The notes: generated from the sequence alone by a model not told the origin. A DNA stretch of 64,000 nucleotides from an uncultured Acidobacteriota bacterium (GCA_963772955.1 CAVYZF010000003.1:364799-428798), one strand, 5' to 3'; positions 18,660-28,507 are shown, numbered from the stretch's first letter. Numbers and translations are program-made.

Positions 18660-20996
18660 TTACTCGGCGCGCAACGCGACCGCCGGATCGACACGCGTAG
18701 CGCTGCGAACCGCCGGGAGTACCGCAGCGAGGAGCGCGAGACCGAACGTCGCGAGACCGAGCAGATACCCGACGGAATCAAGCGACGTATCGAGTCCAAG
18801 CCCCGCGCTGACGCCGATCATCGCCTGTGCAACGAGCGTCGCCAGCACTGCGCCCGCGCCCACTCCAGCGGCCAACGGCGTCAGGTACTGCCACAGCAGC
18901 AAAGACGCAATGCTGCGCGCGTGCGCGCCCAGCGCTCGACGCACAGCGAGCTCGCGCGTGCGCTCACGAACGGCAAACGTCAGCAGTCCGAAGATTCCGA
19001 ATGCTGCGAGGCTGGCTGCGACCGCGCCGAGAGCTCCGATCATCCGGCTGGCGGCGAGCGAGTGCTGCAAGAGCTGGTCGATGGGGCGCTGCAACAGCCA
19101 GGCGGATGGCTGCGCATTGGACATGGATGCCGCGGAACGTGCACGTCGGAGAACACTGCGGGCGTCGCCTCGAGTGCGAACGATGATCGATGCCTCTCCC
19201 ACACTGTTCTCGTCGAGCGCCACGTACGATTCAACGGCACGGACATCCCGGAGTCTTCCGAGCACCGTGTCCTCGACGACCCCCACCACCGTGGCCGCCT
19301 CGCCGCCGGGCGTCCAGATCTGGCCCAGCGCATCTGCGTCATCGAACACAGCCCGCTCGGCGGAACGGCTGATCACGGCAACGCGGCGTTCACCGGGCAT
19401 GGGAATCCGGCCGCGCAGCACGTGAATGCCCATCACCGCGAAGTACCCGGGATCCACACGCGACTGCAGGATCACCGGCGCACCATCCGCGCTCAGGACG
19501 GCCGGCCCATAAATGGGATCTGCCGCGACTGCCACGCCGGCGACATCGGGAACTGCGCGAACACGCGCGGCCATGCCGTCGACTGCGGCGAGCGTTGCGG
19601 CGCCGGGAAAAGCGCCTTCGTCGAGCTGTGGCTCGACCACCATGATCGACGTGTGATCGGCGTGGCCGGCCAGCGTCAGCTGACGCTGCGAACCACGCAC
19701 CAGAAGTCCGGCGAGAACGAGGAGCAAGCAGCTCGTCGCCACCTGTACGGCGACCAGCGTCTGCCGGGCCCTCGTTGCGGGCGGACGCTGCCGGCTGACA
19801 TGACGGGCTGGCGCGAGGCCGAATGCAATCGCGCAGACCAGGGCGAGAACACCAGCTGCCGCGACGATCGAAAAGTCAGTCGTCACGCGCACGTTGAGCT
19901 GCCCCGCAAAGTTGGCCACCAACAGTCGGCCGCCAACGCTCGCGAGCGCTATTCCCACCACAGCCGCCAGCGCTGACAGCAGCAGCGCTTCTGTCATCAG
20001 CTGCCGTACCAACCGGTTGCGGCTCGCGCCGACTGCGACGCGGGTGTCGATCTCGCGCCGCCGTGCGACACCGCGCGCAAGCATCATGTTCCCGAGGTTG
20101 GCGCACGACGTGAGCAGAACGAGAAACACCAGCACCGTGGCGATCGGCAACCCATTGCCGCGACGCTCATCCTCGCGAACGGGACGCACGCGAACCACTT
20201 CGCGTTGTTCAAACAGGCGGGGCTGCTGCAGGCGCAGTTCAGCATCAATGGCACTTAGCTGAGCGGAGATGGCGTCTCGGCTCACACCCGGACGCGGTTG
20301 CGCAACGAGAGCCGTATCCGGCAGGTCCGCGTCCCCGTCGCGACCGATTGCGCCCAGCAGGCCGGGACGATTTGCATCCGGAAACCAGAGATCGCCGCGG
20401 CCCATGGTCACAGCAACGAAGTCGGACGGCAGCACGCCGAGGACCATCACGCTGTTGCCGTTGATGGTCACTGTCCGCGAGACGACAGACGGATCGCTAC
20501 CGAAGCGCCGCTTCCAGTAGCCGTCGCTCAGCACCGCAACGAGGGGCGCTCCGCGTTGGTCGTCAACCGGCTCCAACAGGCGGCCGAGCGCGGGAGTGAC
20601 GCCGAGATCGCGGAAATAGTTACCGGACACGAACTTCGCGCGCGCGTCCTCGTCGTCCTGCTGCACCTGCACCGGCTCGGTAGTCAGGCGCTCGGCGACG
20701 ACATAAGAAAACACGCTCGTGTTCTCACGATACAAACGCAGCGCGCTCATCGTCATGGCCCAGCGCTCCGCCTGCGGAGATTGGCGGACGATGCGCACGA
20801 GTGAGTCGGCATCGCGGAACGGCAGGCTCCCCGAGAGCGTCGCTTTCACGACATGAAGAAACGCGAGGTTGAGCCCGATGCCGACAGCCAGGACGAGCAC
20901 CGCGGACGCGGTAAAGCCAGGACTCCGTCTCAGTGCACGGCTCCCTAAGCGGATGTCGTGCGACAGATCCTCCATCCAGTGAGCGACGCGTGACAT
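18660..20996 (-). CDS. ADOP-family (MacB-like, duplicated FtsX) permease
   Basis: Start MSRVAHWMEDLSHDIRLGSRALRRSPGFTASAVLVLAVGIGLNLAF (ATG 20996; alternative 20975). Two MacB periplasmic domains and two FtsX 4-TM modules. No adjacent ATPase gene. Confidence 0.88.
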   Translation of the reverse strand: MSRVAHWMEDLSHDIRLGSRALRRSPGFTASAVLVLAVGIGLNLAFLHVVKATLSGSLPFRDADSLVRIVRQSPQAERWAMTMSALRLYRENTSVFSYVVAERLTTEPVQVQQDDEDARAKFVSGNYFRDLGVTPALGRLLEPVDDQRGAPLVAVLSDGYWKRRFGSDPSVVSRTVTINGNSVMVLGVLPSDFVAVTMGRGDLWFPDANRPGLLGAIGRDGDADLPDTALVAQPRPGVSRDAISAQLSAIDAELRLQQPRLFEQREVVRVRPVREDERRGNGLPIATVLVFLVLLTSCANLGNMMLARGVARRREIDTRVAVGASRNRLVRQLMTEALLLSALAAVVGIALASVGGRLLVANFAGQLNVRVTTDFSIVAAAGVLALVCAIAFGLAPARHVSRQRPPATRARQTLVAVQVATSCLLLVLAGLLVRGSQRQLTLAGHADHTSIMVVEPQLDEGAFPGAATLAAVDGMAARVRAVPDVAGVAVAADPIYGPAVLSADGAPVILQSRVDPGYFAVMGIHVLRGRIPMPGERRVAVISRSAERAVFDDADALGQIWTPGGEAATVVGVVEDTVLGRLRDVRAVESYVALDENSVGEASIIVRTRGDARSVLRRARSAASMSNAQPSAWLLQRPIDQLLQHSLAASRMIGALGAVAASLAAFGIFGLLTFAVRERTRELAVRRALGAHARSIASLLLWQYLTPLAAGVGAGAVLATLVAQAMIGVSAGLGLDTSLDSVGYLLGLATFGLALLAAVLPAVRSATRVDPAVALRAE

Positions 20997-21039
20997 GAGC
21001 GACCGATTATAACGACTGATGACCGTTCGCGGTGGTGGG

Positions 21040-21504
21040 TCAACGCAGACTCGATCCAATCACCCCAACGCCCTGCTCGTACACGAGCCGGCCTCCGCGC
21101 TCGGCCGTTTGTTGAAGTCCAGCGACTCCAACGAGCGCGGCGACCAGTAGTGCGACTCGATAGCGACGGGCGAGAGGTGCGCGGAATGCCACGCTCACTC
21201 GTATCAGCGTCAGCACGGAAAAATAGCTGGCGGTGGCAATGGCCCACGTTCGATGGGCCTGGACGATGGGATGCGCCATACCGGGCATGAAGACGGTATC
21301 AAGCGCCTGTTGCCCGGTGAGACACGCGGCGATCGCGGCCGCACTCCCGAGGACGAACAACGTCGTTGCTGCGGATGTCAGCCATCCGGGGCGACCGAAC
21401 AGCGTATCGACCAGGTCCGCGAACGCCGCAACGACGATGAGCGCGATCGGGAAATGAATAACGAGCGGATGGAGGTTCGGGGCCCAGGTTGGGAGCAGCG
21501 GCAT
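21040..21504 (-). CDS. DUF2231-type integral membrane protein
   Basis: MPLLPTWAPNLHPLVIHFPIALIVVAAF... (the HFPIAL motif) with 4 predicted TM segments. Confidence 0.7.
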   Translation of the reverse strand: MPLLPTWAPNLHPLVIHFPIALIVVAAFADLVDTLFGRPGWLTSAATTLFVLGSAAAIAACLTGQQALDTVFMPGMAHPIVQAHRTWAIATASYFSVLTLIRVSVAFRAPLARRYRVALLVAALVGVAGLQQTAERGGRLVYEQGVGVIGSSLR

Positions 21505-21513
21505 CGTGTGCTC

Positions 21514-22174
21514 TCAGGGTGCGAGTGGCGCGAGCGGAATGATCATGAGCAGCGAGAACGACCACGGATTCGCGTCGTCCAGGAACCGTTCGGCGCCGAC
21601 CACGTCACCGGCTTTCGGCAATCCGCTCGCAAGGTAATCCAGCGACACCTCGGCCTCCACATTTCGTAACCAGTGCCCCTTCGGCAATCTGTTGAACAGA
21701 TGAAATGCGGTATCCCACTCGAAGTCGAGTTTGTGCGTGTAGCTGCTCGTCGCCCGTGGTGTCTCGCCCGGGCTGAACTGATCGACAACGTCGATGTGCG
21801 ATGAGACCCACCCTCCCGTCCGATCGGTGTCGAACACATGGAAGTTGAACTCAGTTTCAATCTCGACACTGTTGTCGCTGACGAAGGGGGCAAAGATCGT
21901 CTCGAATGTGAACCCCACGCGCGGAATCGTCGTGGGGATATCGAGGGCGAGTACCGAGCTCAAACACAGACCCGGCACCAATCGACTCCACCTGCCCATC
22001 GACTTCAACACGGCGCGCCCCTCCGAGATTCTCGATCGTCCACGTCGGCTCGATCTTGAGCTCCGGCGCGCACAGGATCACGCACCGCGGTTCGCTCTGT
22101 GCGTCCGCCGGCGCAGGAGCCGCCAGCCATCCTGCGGCCAGGAGGCACGCAGCAGCTAACCGCCCACGCGCCAT
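21514..22174 (-). pseudogene. Secreted hypothetical protein, apparent frameshift near 21950-21960
   Basis: The N-terminal part MARGRLAAACLLAAGWLAAPAPADAQSEPRCVILCAPELKIEPTWTIENLGGARRVEVDGQVESIGAGSVFEL is in the frame of the track ORF 21857..22366. It continues in the 21514..22011 frame (SVLALDIPTTIPRVGFTFETIFAPFVSDNSVEIETEFNFHVFD...). An internal restart (MGRWSRLVPGLCLSS...) cannot be excluded. Confidence 0.5.
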
Positions 22175-23379
22175 GCGGACACTCCCGGCCATTTCTTCAA
22201 CGCATCCCTCGCCCACTGCGGTGTGCGGTCTTTGTGACACGACATGCAGGGGTTCGGCACACCGCTCTGTTCGGTCGTTGTGGGCGAGATGAACTTGAAC
22301 GTGTGACTGCGCACGTTGACCGTGCCCACAGTGCGCGCGATCTGCGGCATGTGACAGGCGATGCACTTGCTCCCTTCACTGTCGGCCTTGTGCTGCGTGT
22401 GCTGCTCGATCGTACCGGGCGGCCCTGGCTGACGCTGTGGCCCGTGACACTCCAGACAGACGGCGTTTCCCGGTAAACGGAGATCTGCCTCGTACTTTGT
22501 CCCATGGACGTCATGACACCCGTAGCAGCGCACGCCTTTCACGGACATCTGACTCTGCACGTAGTCGTTTCCCTGCATCCGGTTCTTGTGCGCATGACCG
22601 TCAGGCCAATGCGTGAACGTTTCCTTGCCAGGGTGATGCTCCTCGAGCATCCAGACGTCGCTCAATCGATCGCCCGGTTGATAACCCACCGGCCAGTCGT
22701 AGTAGACGCCCTCGATCGGTTTCGTTCGCGGCTGTCCCTGCGTATGACACTGCAGGCAGACATCGTCGGCCCGCTCTCCCTGCAGCTTTGCCGGATTGAC
22801 GATCGTGGCTGCGACGGGATTCTGAACGTGCAGACTTCCGGGGCCGTGGCACTTTTCGCAGCCCACGTTCCATTCGGTGACCGTCTTCGTCTTGATGTCG
22901 TAGTTGACGGAGTGACACCCATCGCAGAGCGGACCCGTCGGCCGCTGCATCTGATCTGCGGGATAGTGCTCCGCCCACCAATCCGTTCCCGGCTCGACGA
23001 AGTAGCGCCGCCAGGTCTTCGCCTGGACGTCCCATTGCGCGGGGAACACGAAGTAGTCGTCGCCGCGCTTCGTGAAGTAGCGCTGCTTCCACTTCGTCCC
23101 GTAGACGAACGCCACATCCTCTTTCTTGAAAGTGACGAGAGGGTTCGGCGCAGAGAAATCACCGAGCACCGCATCGGGGTGCTTGACGGGATCGAGGATG
23201 ACACGCGCCATCAGCGTGTCTTTCCACCTGGTGTACTCGTCCCGATGGCAGGATTCGCACGCGGCCGACCCCACGAACGTCTTAGCCGTCGTGGTGGTGG
23301 CAGGCGGCGGTGGCGAAGATGACGTGCACGCGGTGGTAAGCGCGACGAGCACGGAGACAACGGAAACCCTTCGCAACAT
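22156..23379 (-). CDS. Octaheme c-type cytochrome (lipoprotein-like signal)
   Basis: Eight CXXCH motifs: CESCH, CDGCH, CEKCH, CLQCH, CYGCH, CLECH, CIACH, CMSCH. Start MLRRVSVVSVLVALTTAC at 23379 (alternative 23394). There is no CXXCK motif, so it is not NrfA-type. Confidence 0.9.
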   Translation of the reverse strand: MLRRVSVVSVLVALTTACTSSSPPPPATTTTAKTFVGSAACESCHRDEYTRWKDTLMARVILDPVKHPDAVLGDFSAPNPLVTFKKEDVAFVYGTKWKQRYFTKRGDDYFVFPAQWDVQAKTWRRYFVEPGTDWWAEHYPADQMQRPTGPLCDGCHSVNYDIKTKTVTEWNVGCEKCHGPGSLHVQNPVAATIVNPAKLQGERADDVCLQCHTQGQPRTKPIEGVYYDWPVGYQPGDRLSDVWMLEEHHPGKETFTHWPDGHAHKNRMQGNDYVQSQMSVKGVRCYGCHDVHGTKYEADLRLPGNAVCLECHGPQRQPGPPGTIEQHTQHKADSEGSKCIACHMPQIARTVGTVNVRSHTFKFISPTTTEQSGVPNPCMSCHKDRTPQWARDALKKWPGVSAWRVGG

Positions 23380-23392
23380 GTAACAGGACGAC

Positions 23393-23400
23393 ATTATAAT
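23393..23400. promoter_or_regulatory. Palindromic ATTATAAT shared by divergent cytochrome and chrB genes
   Basis: ATTATAAT reads TATAAT on both strands. It lies 13 nt from the cytochrome ATG (23379), and 7 nt from the chrB TTG (23408) or 22 nt from the chrB ATG (23423). Confidence 0.4.
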
Positions 23401-23422
23401 TGAAACGTTGGTTACAGAGCGA

Positions 23423-24487
23423 ATGCCGGTACGGCGCGCCACCAGCCGAGTCGCTCCAGGCAGGGCTGGCGTCGCGAAGCGGTGGCTGCTGTTCGTCCAT
23501 CAGCTGCCGTCGAAGCCATCGAATATCCGCGTCCGCGTCTGGCGGCGTTTACAGCAGATTGGTGCGCTCGTGATCAAGCAGGCCGTCTACGTGCTGCCTG
23601 ATTCCGCTGAGGCGCGAGAAGACTTCGAGTGGTTGAAAGCCGAGATCGAAGGCGTGGGTGGGCAGGCGAGCATTCTGTCAGCCGACCACATCGACGGCGC
23701 CGCAGACGAGGCGCTGGTCGAGGAATTCAGACGCGCCCGGCAAGACGACTATGTTGCGCTGGCGCGCGAGATCGAGGACGGCCTCAACGCCACGCGCGCC
23801 GCGGTGTCGCGAGGCAAACGAGTCATCCGGGGCGAGCAGCGGCCGGTTCAGACGTTTCGCCAGCGCCTTGCCGCCATCGAGCGTGTGGATTTCTTCGACA
23901 GCGCGGGTCGCGATCGTGTCGTCGCGTTGATCGATCAGATGTCGTCGCGCCGGACACAAGAAAGCAGGCACAGCACCGAGAGGAGCACCAGCTCGAAGGG
24001 CACATACCACGCTCGTTCCTGGGTGACACGCCCGCGGCCCGGCGTTGATCGCATGTCGTCGGCATGGCTAATCCGGCGCTTCATCGATTCAAAAGCTGCG
24101 TTTGGCTTCGTGCGAGAACGAGAAAAAGCTCCACACGACGCCCTTCCCTTCGACATGTTTGCAGTCGAGTTCGGGCATCGCGGACGGAACTGCACGTTCG
24201 AGACGCTGTGTGAAGTGTTCTCCATCGCCGACCCGGCTGTCGCCCGCATCGCATCAATCGTTCACGATCTCGACTTGAAGGACGGACGCTTCCGTGCTCC
24301 CGAGTCGGCGACGGTCGGTGCCGTCATCGACGGACTGCGCCTGGCGCACGCTGACGATCACGAACTGCTCGATCGGGGGATGACGCTGTTCGAATCGCTG
24401 TACCGGTCGTTCGAACAAGCCACCAAACGACCGCAGCCGCGCCGGGTGGCGCGGCCGCAATCTAGCCGTAAAGACCGCTCGCGTTGA
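23423..24487 (+). CDS. chrB: ChrB-family chromate-resistance regulator-like protein
   Basis: The N-terminal domain (WLLFVHQLPSKPSNIRVRVWRRLQQIGALVIKQAVYVLPDSAEAREDFEWL) and the C-terminal domain (WVTRPRPGVDRMSSAWLIRRFIDSKAAFGFV...FETLCEVFSIADPAVARIASIVHDLD) match the ChrB_N and Chrome_Resist patterns. The start is ATG 23423 or TTG 23408. Confidence 0.82.
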   Translation: MPVRRATSRVAPGRAGVAKRWLLFVHQLPSKPSNIRVRVWRRLQQIGALVIKQAVYVLPDSAEAREDFEWLKAEIEGVGGQASILSADHIDGAADEALVEEFRRARQDDYVALAREIEDGLNATRAAVSRGKRVIRGEQRPVQTFRQRLAAIERVDFFDSAGRDRVVALIDQMSSRRTQESRHSTERSTSSKGTYHARSWVTRPRPGVDRMSSAWLIRRFIDSKAAFGFVREREKAPHDALPFDMFAVEFGHRGRNCTFETLCEVFSIADPAVARIASIVHDLDLKDGRFRAPESATVGAVIDGLRLAHADDHELLDRGMTLFESLYRSFEQATKRPQPRRVARPQSSRKDRSR

Positions 24488-24501
24488 GGCGAGCCGGTGC
24501 G

Positions 24502-27084
24502 TTACTTGCCGAGCGCCATCCGCAGTGTGACGCCGACTGTGCGCGGATCGCCCGGCAGGCCGACGATGAGACCCGAGTTGCCCGGCTGCGCCGTCAGGAA
24601 CTCGAAGTACTGCTTGTCGAGCAGATTGCGCGACCAGAGGAACACCGACCAGCCCTGGTTCCACCGGAAGCCCGCACGCAGGTTGACGAGGCCGTACCCG
24701 TCAACCGTCATGTACCGCGAAGCCGACGGGCTCGAGGAGAATTCCGATCGATAGCTGGTGTCAACCGCGCCGAAAAATTCACCAGCCTGACTGAAGACCG
24801 TCGCCGGGTGGTTGTATTCGCCACCGAACGTGAGCGCCCACTTCGAGATACCCGGCAGGACCGAGCCCGAGATGTCCTTGGTCTGGGGACCGCCAGTGTC
24901 CTCGACCGGCGGCGGCGCATCCGGGAACGAGACGTAGATGCCGTCGGTGTAGGCAGCGGCGCCATAGAACGAGAGCCGGCGGTTGATGCGCGCGTTGCCG
25001 TCGAATTCGGCGCCTCGCACCCGCACTTTCTCGGCGTTTGCGAGATAGCCGCGCAGCACGCCGACCTGTGCGTTGACGACCTGCGTCTGATAGTCATCGA
25101 TGCTCGTATTGAACACCGTGACGTTCGCGGTATACCCGGGGCGGAACTCGGTCTTCACTCCGAACTCGACGTGATGTGCGTCCTCCGGCTTGACGGTCGC
25201 CGCCGACAGAACGGGATTGCCGAGCGCGTCGGTGGGCAAGCCATTCAGATTCAAACCGACAGACTTGAACCCGGTCGAGTAGGTGCCATACGTGTTGACG
25301 GCGTTCGAAATCTTGTACGCCACCGTCAGCTGACCTGATGTGTTCGTGTCATCGACGTCCGCGGTGTACGCCTGCGGCGCAAGGACCGAGAGCTTGAGTG
25401 CGATGAGCGCCGGGTTGGTCGTCTCCAGTCCGCCATACACCTGCTGGTCGTAGTCAGCGCTCTTCTGGTCGTAGTTGAAGCGCAGGCCCGGGAGGATGCG
25501 CAGGCGATCGGTGACGAGCCACTCGAGTTGACCGAAGGCTGCTGCGCTGGTGTTCCGGAATGTCAGGTACTGGTTGTAGCCGTAGCCGTCGAGCAGGCCC
25601 GGTGTTGCCGCCGCCGCGCTCGGCGCGAGCAGGAAGCGCGCGGCCGCCGATCCCTGCTCCTGCTTGAACGACGGATTGGAATCGAGCGCCTGGTGGAACG
25701 CGAAGATGCCGGTCACCAGGTTGAAGCGCGACGACAGCGGGCCGGCGTAGCGCACCTCCTGCGTCCACTGGTTCTGTTTCGATGGCGCTGCAGAGATCGA
25801 TGTGACCGGCAGGCCGATGAAGTCGCGGTCGTTGGACGGATCCCAATTCCAGTACCGATACGCCGTCGTCGAGGTCACGCGACCTCGTCCAACATTCCAA
25901 TCGACGTTTGCCGAGGCACCGCCGAGATCCTGGTTGGACTGCCAGCTCGTGTCCGTGTCGGTGAGTCGATCGAAGGCGTTGTAGCTCGGGGGCGTGTACC
26001 CGAGGTCGGCTGTGATCGCCTCCCACTGACGGTTCGCAGGTCGCAGCGTCGGCGCCACACCTGCGACAACCTGCGCATAGCCCTCGGGCCGCTGACGCGT
26101 GTGATCCACCGACACGTTGACGGCAACTGATTTCGACGGCGTCACGAGCAGCTGACCTCGGAACCCCAGATTGTTCAGCGTGTTCGTCTCTGCCTGCGTC
26201 TTCGTGTTGTAGATGAAGCCCTCGCGCCCCGTGCCGGAGAACGAAACACGTCCAGCGACCTTGCTGCTCAACGGACCGGCCAGCGACGCCTTGGCCTGGA
26301 CGAAGTCGTAGCTGCCATACGCGAGCTCGACGTTCGACTCCCGCGAGAACGTCGGCCGGCGACTGGTGACGTTGATCGCCCCCGCCGTCGTGTTCTTGCC
26401 GAAGAGCGTCCCCTGCGGTCCGCGCAGCACTTCGACTTGCGCCACGTCGAGGAAGTCGAGCGTTGCAGACGCGGGGCGCGCGTAGAACACGCCATCGATG
26501 TACATCCCGACCCCCGGCTCGATGCCGTCATTGGTCAGACCGAACGGTGACCCGATGCCGCGAATGGTGACCGCGGAGTTGCGCGGGTTGGACGAGTAGA
26601 ACTGGACGGTGGGAATGAGCTCCTTGACGCGATTCACGTTGAACGCACCGGCGCTGGCGACGAGCTCGCCAGTCAGTACCGACACCGGAATCGGAACTTC
26701 CTGAACCGCCTCTTCGACGCGACGAGCCGTCACAACCACGCCTTCCGTCAGTCGAGCCGGCGTCAGCGTCACGTCAATCTTCGCCGCCTGGCGTCCGTCG
26801 AGTGCGCCGCGAACAACTGCGGCTTCGAACCCATCGAGGTTCGCTTCCACACGATACTGACCGGGTGCCAGGTCACTGACCTGATAGCTGCCCTCGGCGT
26901 CGCTCACGGCTTCCTTCGCGGCGCCGCTCGCCTCGTTAATCACTCGAATCGTCACGCCCGGAATAGCGCCACCACTCGAGTCGCGAACAACGCCGTTGAC
27001 GGTACCGGCGGTCTGGGCCAGCGCTGCCGTCGGCATCAACCCGGCGAGCAGGACGGCGGCGAACATCAACACTCTGCGTAACAT
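24502..27084 (-). CDS. TonB-dependent receptor with CarboxypepD_reg-like N-terminal domain
   Basis: Signal MLRRVLMFAAVLLAGLMPTAALAQ. TAGTVNGVVRDSSGGAIPGVTIRVINEASG...YQVSDLAPGQYRV is the carboxypeptidase-regulatory fold. This is followed by a plug (VVVTARRVEEAVQEVPIPVSVL) and a long beta-barrel. Confidence 0.9.
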   Translation of the reverse strand: MLRRVLMFAAVLLAGLMPTAALAQTAGTVNGVVRDSSGGAIPGVTIRVINEASGAAKEAVSDAEGSYQVSDLAPGQYRVEANLDGFEAAVVRGALDGRQAAKIDVTLTPARLTEGVVVTARRVEEAVQEVPIPVSVLTGELVASAGAFNVNRVKELIPTVQFYSSNPRNSAVTIRGIGSPFGLTNDGIEPGVGMYIDGVFYARPASATLDFLDVAQVEVLRGPQGTLFGKNTTAGAINVTSRRPTFSRESNVELAYGSYDFVQAKASLAGPLSSKVAGRVSFSGTGREGFIYNTKTQAETNTLNNLGFRGQLLVTPSKSVAVNVSVDHTRQRPEGYAQVVAGVAPTLRPANRQWEAITADLGYTPPSYNAFDRLTDTDTSWQSNQDLGGASANVDWNVGRGRVTSTTAYRYWNWDPSNDRDFIGLPVTSISAAPSKQNQWTQEVRYAGPLSSRFNLVTGIFAFHQALDSNPSFKQEQGSAAARFLLAPSAAAATPGLLDGYGYNQYLTFRNTSAAAFGQLEWLVTDRLRILPGLRFNYDQKSADYDQQVYGGLETTNPALIALKLSVLAPQAYTADVDDTNTSGQLTVAYKISNAVNTYGTYSTGFKSVGLNLNGLPTDALGNPVLSAATVKPEDAHHVEFGVKTEFRPGYTANVTVFNTSIDDYQTQVVNAQVGVLRGYLANAEKVRVRGAEFDGNARINRRLSFYGAAAYTDGIYVSFPDAPPPVEDTGGPQTKDISGSVLPGISKWALTFGGEYNHPATVFSQAGEFFGAVDTSYRSEFSSSPSASRYMTVDGYGLVNLRAGFRWNQGWSVFLWSRNLLDKQYFEFLTAQPGNSGLIVGLPGDPRTVGVTLRMALGK

Positions 27085-27124
27085 CGAATCTCCTTGGCCG
27101 ATGCGCTGATCGGCACCCCGTAAC

Positions 27125-27140
27125 GCCGCGCATGCGCGGC
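27125..27140. promoter_or_regulatory. Perfect 16-bp palindrome GCCGCGCATGCGCGGC upstream of the TonB receptor
   Basis: Read directly from the sequence, about 40 nt upstream of the receptor start codon (27084, minus strand). Function unknown. Confidence 0.3.
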
Positions 27141-27374
27141 AACCATCTGGTTGAAGGTGAACTGAGTCAGCCGAACGACCGGGGTCTGGAAGGTGGGAGC
27201 GGAACGAACCGAAAGAACTAGCTCACCACCTGGTGGTCGTCGGCGTCATACATGCGCACCGACACAACGTGGGGCAACAGAGACATCGATGGGCGAGAAG
27301 AGACATTCGCCGGACTAGAGGCAAGACCTGGACCGTAAACGATTTGGGAGGGAATTTGACTTCCCAGACCCAGA

Positions 27375-27404
27375 TTGACGACTATCTATCAAATAAGATA
27401 GATT
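27375..27404 (+). promoter_or_regulatory. Sigma-70-like promoter with embedded operator-like palindrome
   Basis: TTGACG (27375-27380), 18 nt, TAGATT (27399-27404). The inverted repeat ATCTATC-aaataa-GATAGAT (27384-27403) spans the spacer and the -10 in an AT-rich island upstream of the sigma-54 activator gene. Confidence 0.4.
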
Positions 27405-27436
27405 TTCTGTTTCAATATACAGCCAATTTCCGTCAT

Positions 27437-28507
27437 ATGTCACAGAAACAAAGAGCCGCTCCGGCCCGTCTGGCGCCAGACATCCTCATCAACGGCGATC
27501 TGCGCGCCGGCGAAGAGCAGCTGATCGGCGGCGACACGGGATTGGCCGCGGTGATGACACGCGCGCGCATCGTCTCGCGAAGTACCGCCCCGGTGCTGCT
27601 CTTCGGCGAAACGGGAACCGGCAAGGAGATCATCGCGCGGGCGATCCACGAGCACTCGCCGTTTCGGAGCGGCCCTTTCCGTCGTGTGAACTGCGGCGCG
27701 ATTCCCTCTGAACTGATCGACTCTGAGCTCTTCGGTCACGAGCAGGGCGCCTTCACTGGTGCCGTGAGTCGGCGCAAGGGATGGTTCGAACAGGCCGACG
27801 GCGGCACGCTGTTCCTCGACGAGGTCGGCGAGCTTGCCCTGGCTGCGCAGGTGCGCCTGCTGCGCGTCGTGCAGGAGTCCGAGCTCGTTCGCGTGGGCGG
27901 AGAGCGACCAGTGAAAGTGAACGTTCGAATCGTGGCTGCCACGCATCGTGATCTGCCGGGCATGGTGGAGCAACAGACGTTTCGCGAGGATCTTTACTAT
28001 CGCCTGTCGGTGTTTCCGATCGTGATCCCGCCGCTGCGCGATCGCCCGAGCGACGTCCGTGCGTTCGCCGAATACTTCGCAGAGCGCGCAGCCAACCGTT
28101 TCGGTCTTCGACTCGTGCCGGTCTCTGACGACGATGTGCGGGTGCTGGCCGAGTACCACTGGCCGGGCAACGTGCGCGAGATGGCCGCCGTGATGGATCG
28201 CGCGGTGTTGATCGGCCAGGGGAAGACGCTCAATGTCGCGGGCGCGCTCGGTCAGGGCGCGAGGGCGTCGGTCCCCTCTCCGGTGCGAGGCAACGACGCA
28301 GTACCGTCGCGTATTGCCCCGCTGGACGTCGTCATTCGACAGCACATCGAGACCGCGCTCGAGGCGACCAACGGTCGAGTGGAGGGGCGGCACGGCGCCG
28401 CGCGCCTGCTCAAGATCAATCCACACACGCTGCGGGCGCGCATGCGGAAACTGAAGATCGACTGGCGCCAGTATCGCGAGCGTGACGCCATGGACGAGCC
28501 CGAATGA
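27437..28507 (+). CDS. Sigma-54-dependent transcriptional activator (AAA+ plus Fis-type HTH) without a sensory domain
   Basis: Start [12 protein letters not shown] (ATG 27437). Walker [19 protein letters not shown] loop ([10 protein letters not shown]), Walker [12 protein letters not shown], and a C-terminal HTH ([19 protein letters not shown]). Only ~40 aa precede the AAA+ core. Confidence 0.88.
   Translation: MSQKQRAAPARLAPDILINGDLRAGEEQLIGGDTGLAAVMTRARIVSRSTAPVLLFGETGTGKEIIARAIHEHSPFRSGPFRRVNCGAIPSELIDSELFGHEQGAFTGAVSRRKGWFEQADGGTLFLDEVGELALAAQVRLLRVVQESELVRVGGERPVKVNVRIVAATHRDLPGMVEQQTFREDLYYRLSVFPIVIPPLRDRPSDVRAFAEYFAERAANRFGLRLVPVSDDDVRVLAEYHWPGNVREMAAVMDRAVLIGQGKTLNVAGALGQGARASVPSPVRGNDAVPSRIAPLDVVIRQHIETALEATNGRVEGRHGAARLLKINPHTLRARMRKLKIDWRQYRERDAMDEPE

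Noticed and set aside
21514-22011. Independent 165-aa gene starting at the track start (GTG 22011)
   Set aside because: An upstream frame carries a much better signal peptide and coding sequence (MARGRLAAACLLAAGWLAAPAPADAQ...) and runs into this ORF. A frameshifted single gene seems more likely, although an internal restart cannot be excluded.
22156-23379. NrfA-type nitrite reductase or octaheme tetrathionate reductase assignment for the multiheme cytochrome
   Set aside because: There is no CXXCK active-site heme motif and no adjacent nrfH/nrfBCD genes. All eight sites are CXXCH. I kept it as a generic octaheme cytochrome.
27111-27127. Sigma-54 promoter (GGCAC...GC) near the TonB receptor/activator intergenic region
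   Set aside because: The GG-to-GC spacing is 13 rather than 12 and the -12 element lacks TTGC. A second candidate, TGGCAGGCTTTCCCTC at 28562-28577, lacks the -12 GC and sits only 7 nt from the ATG.
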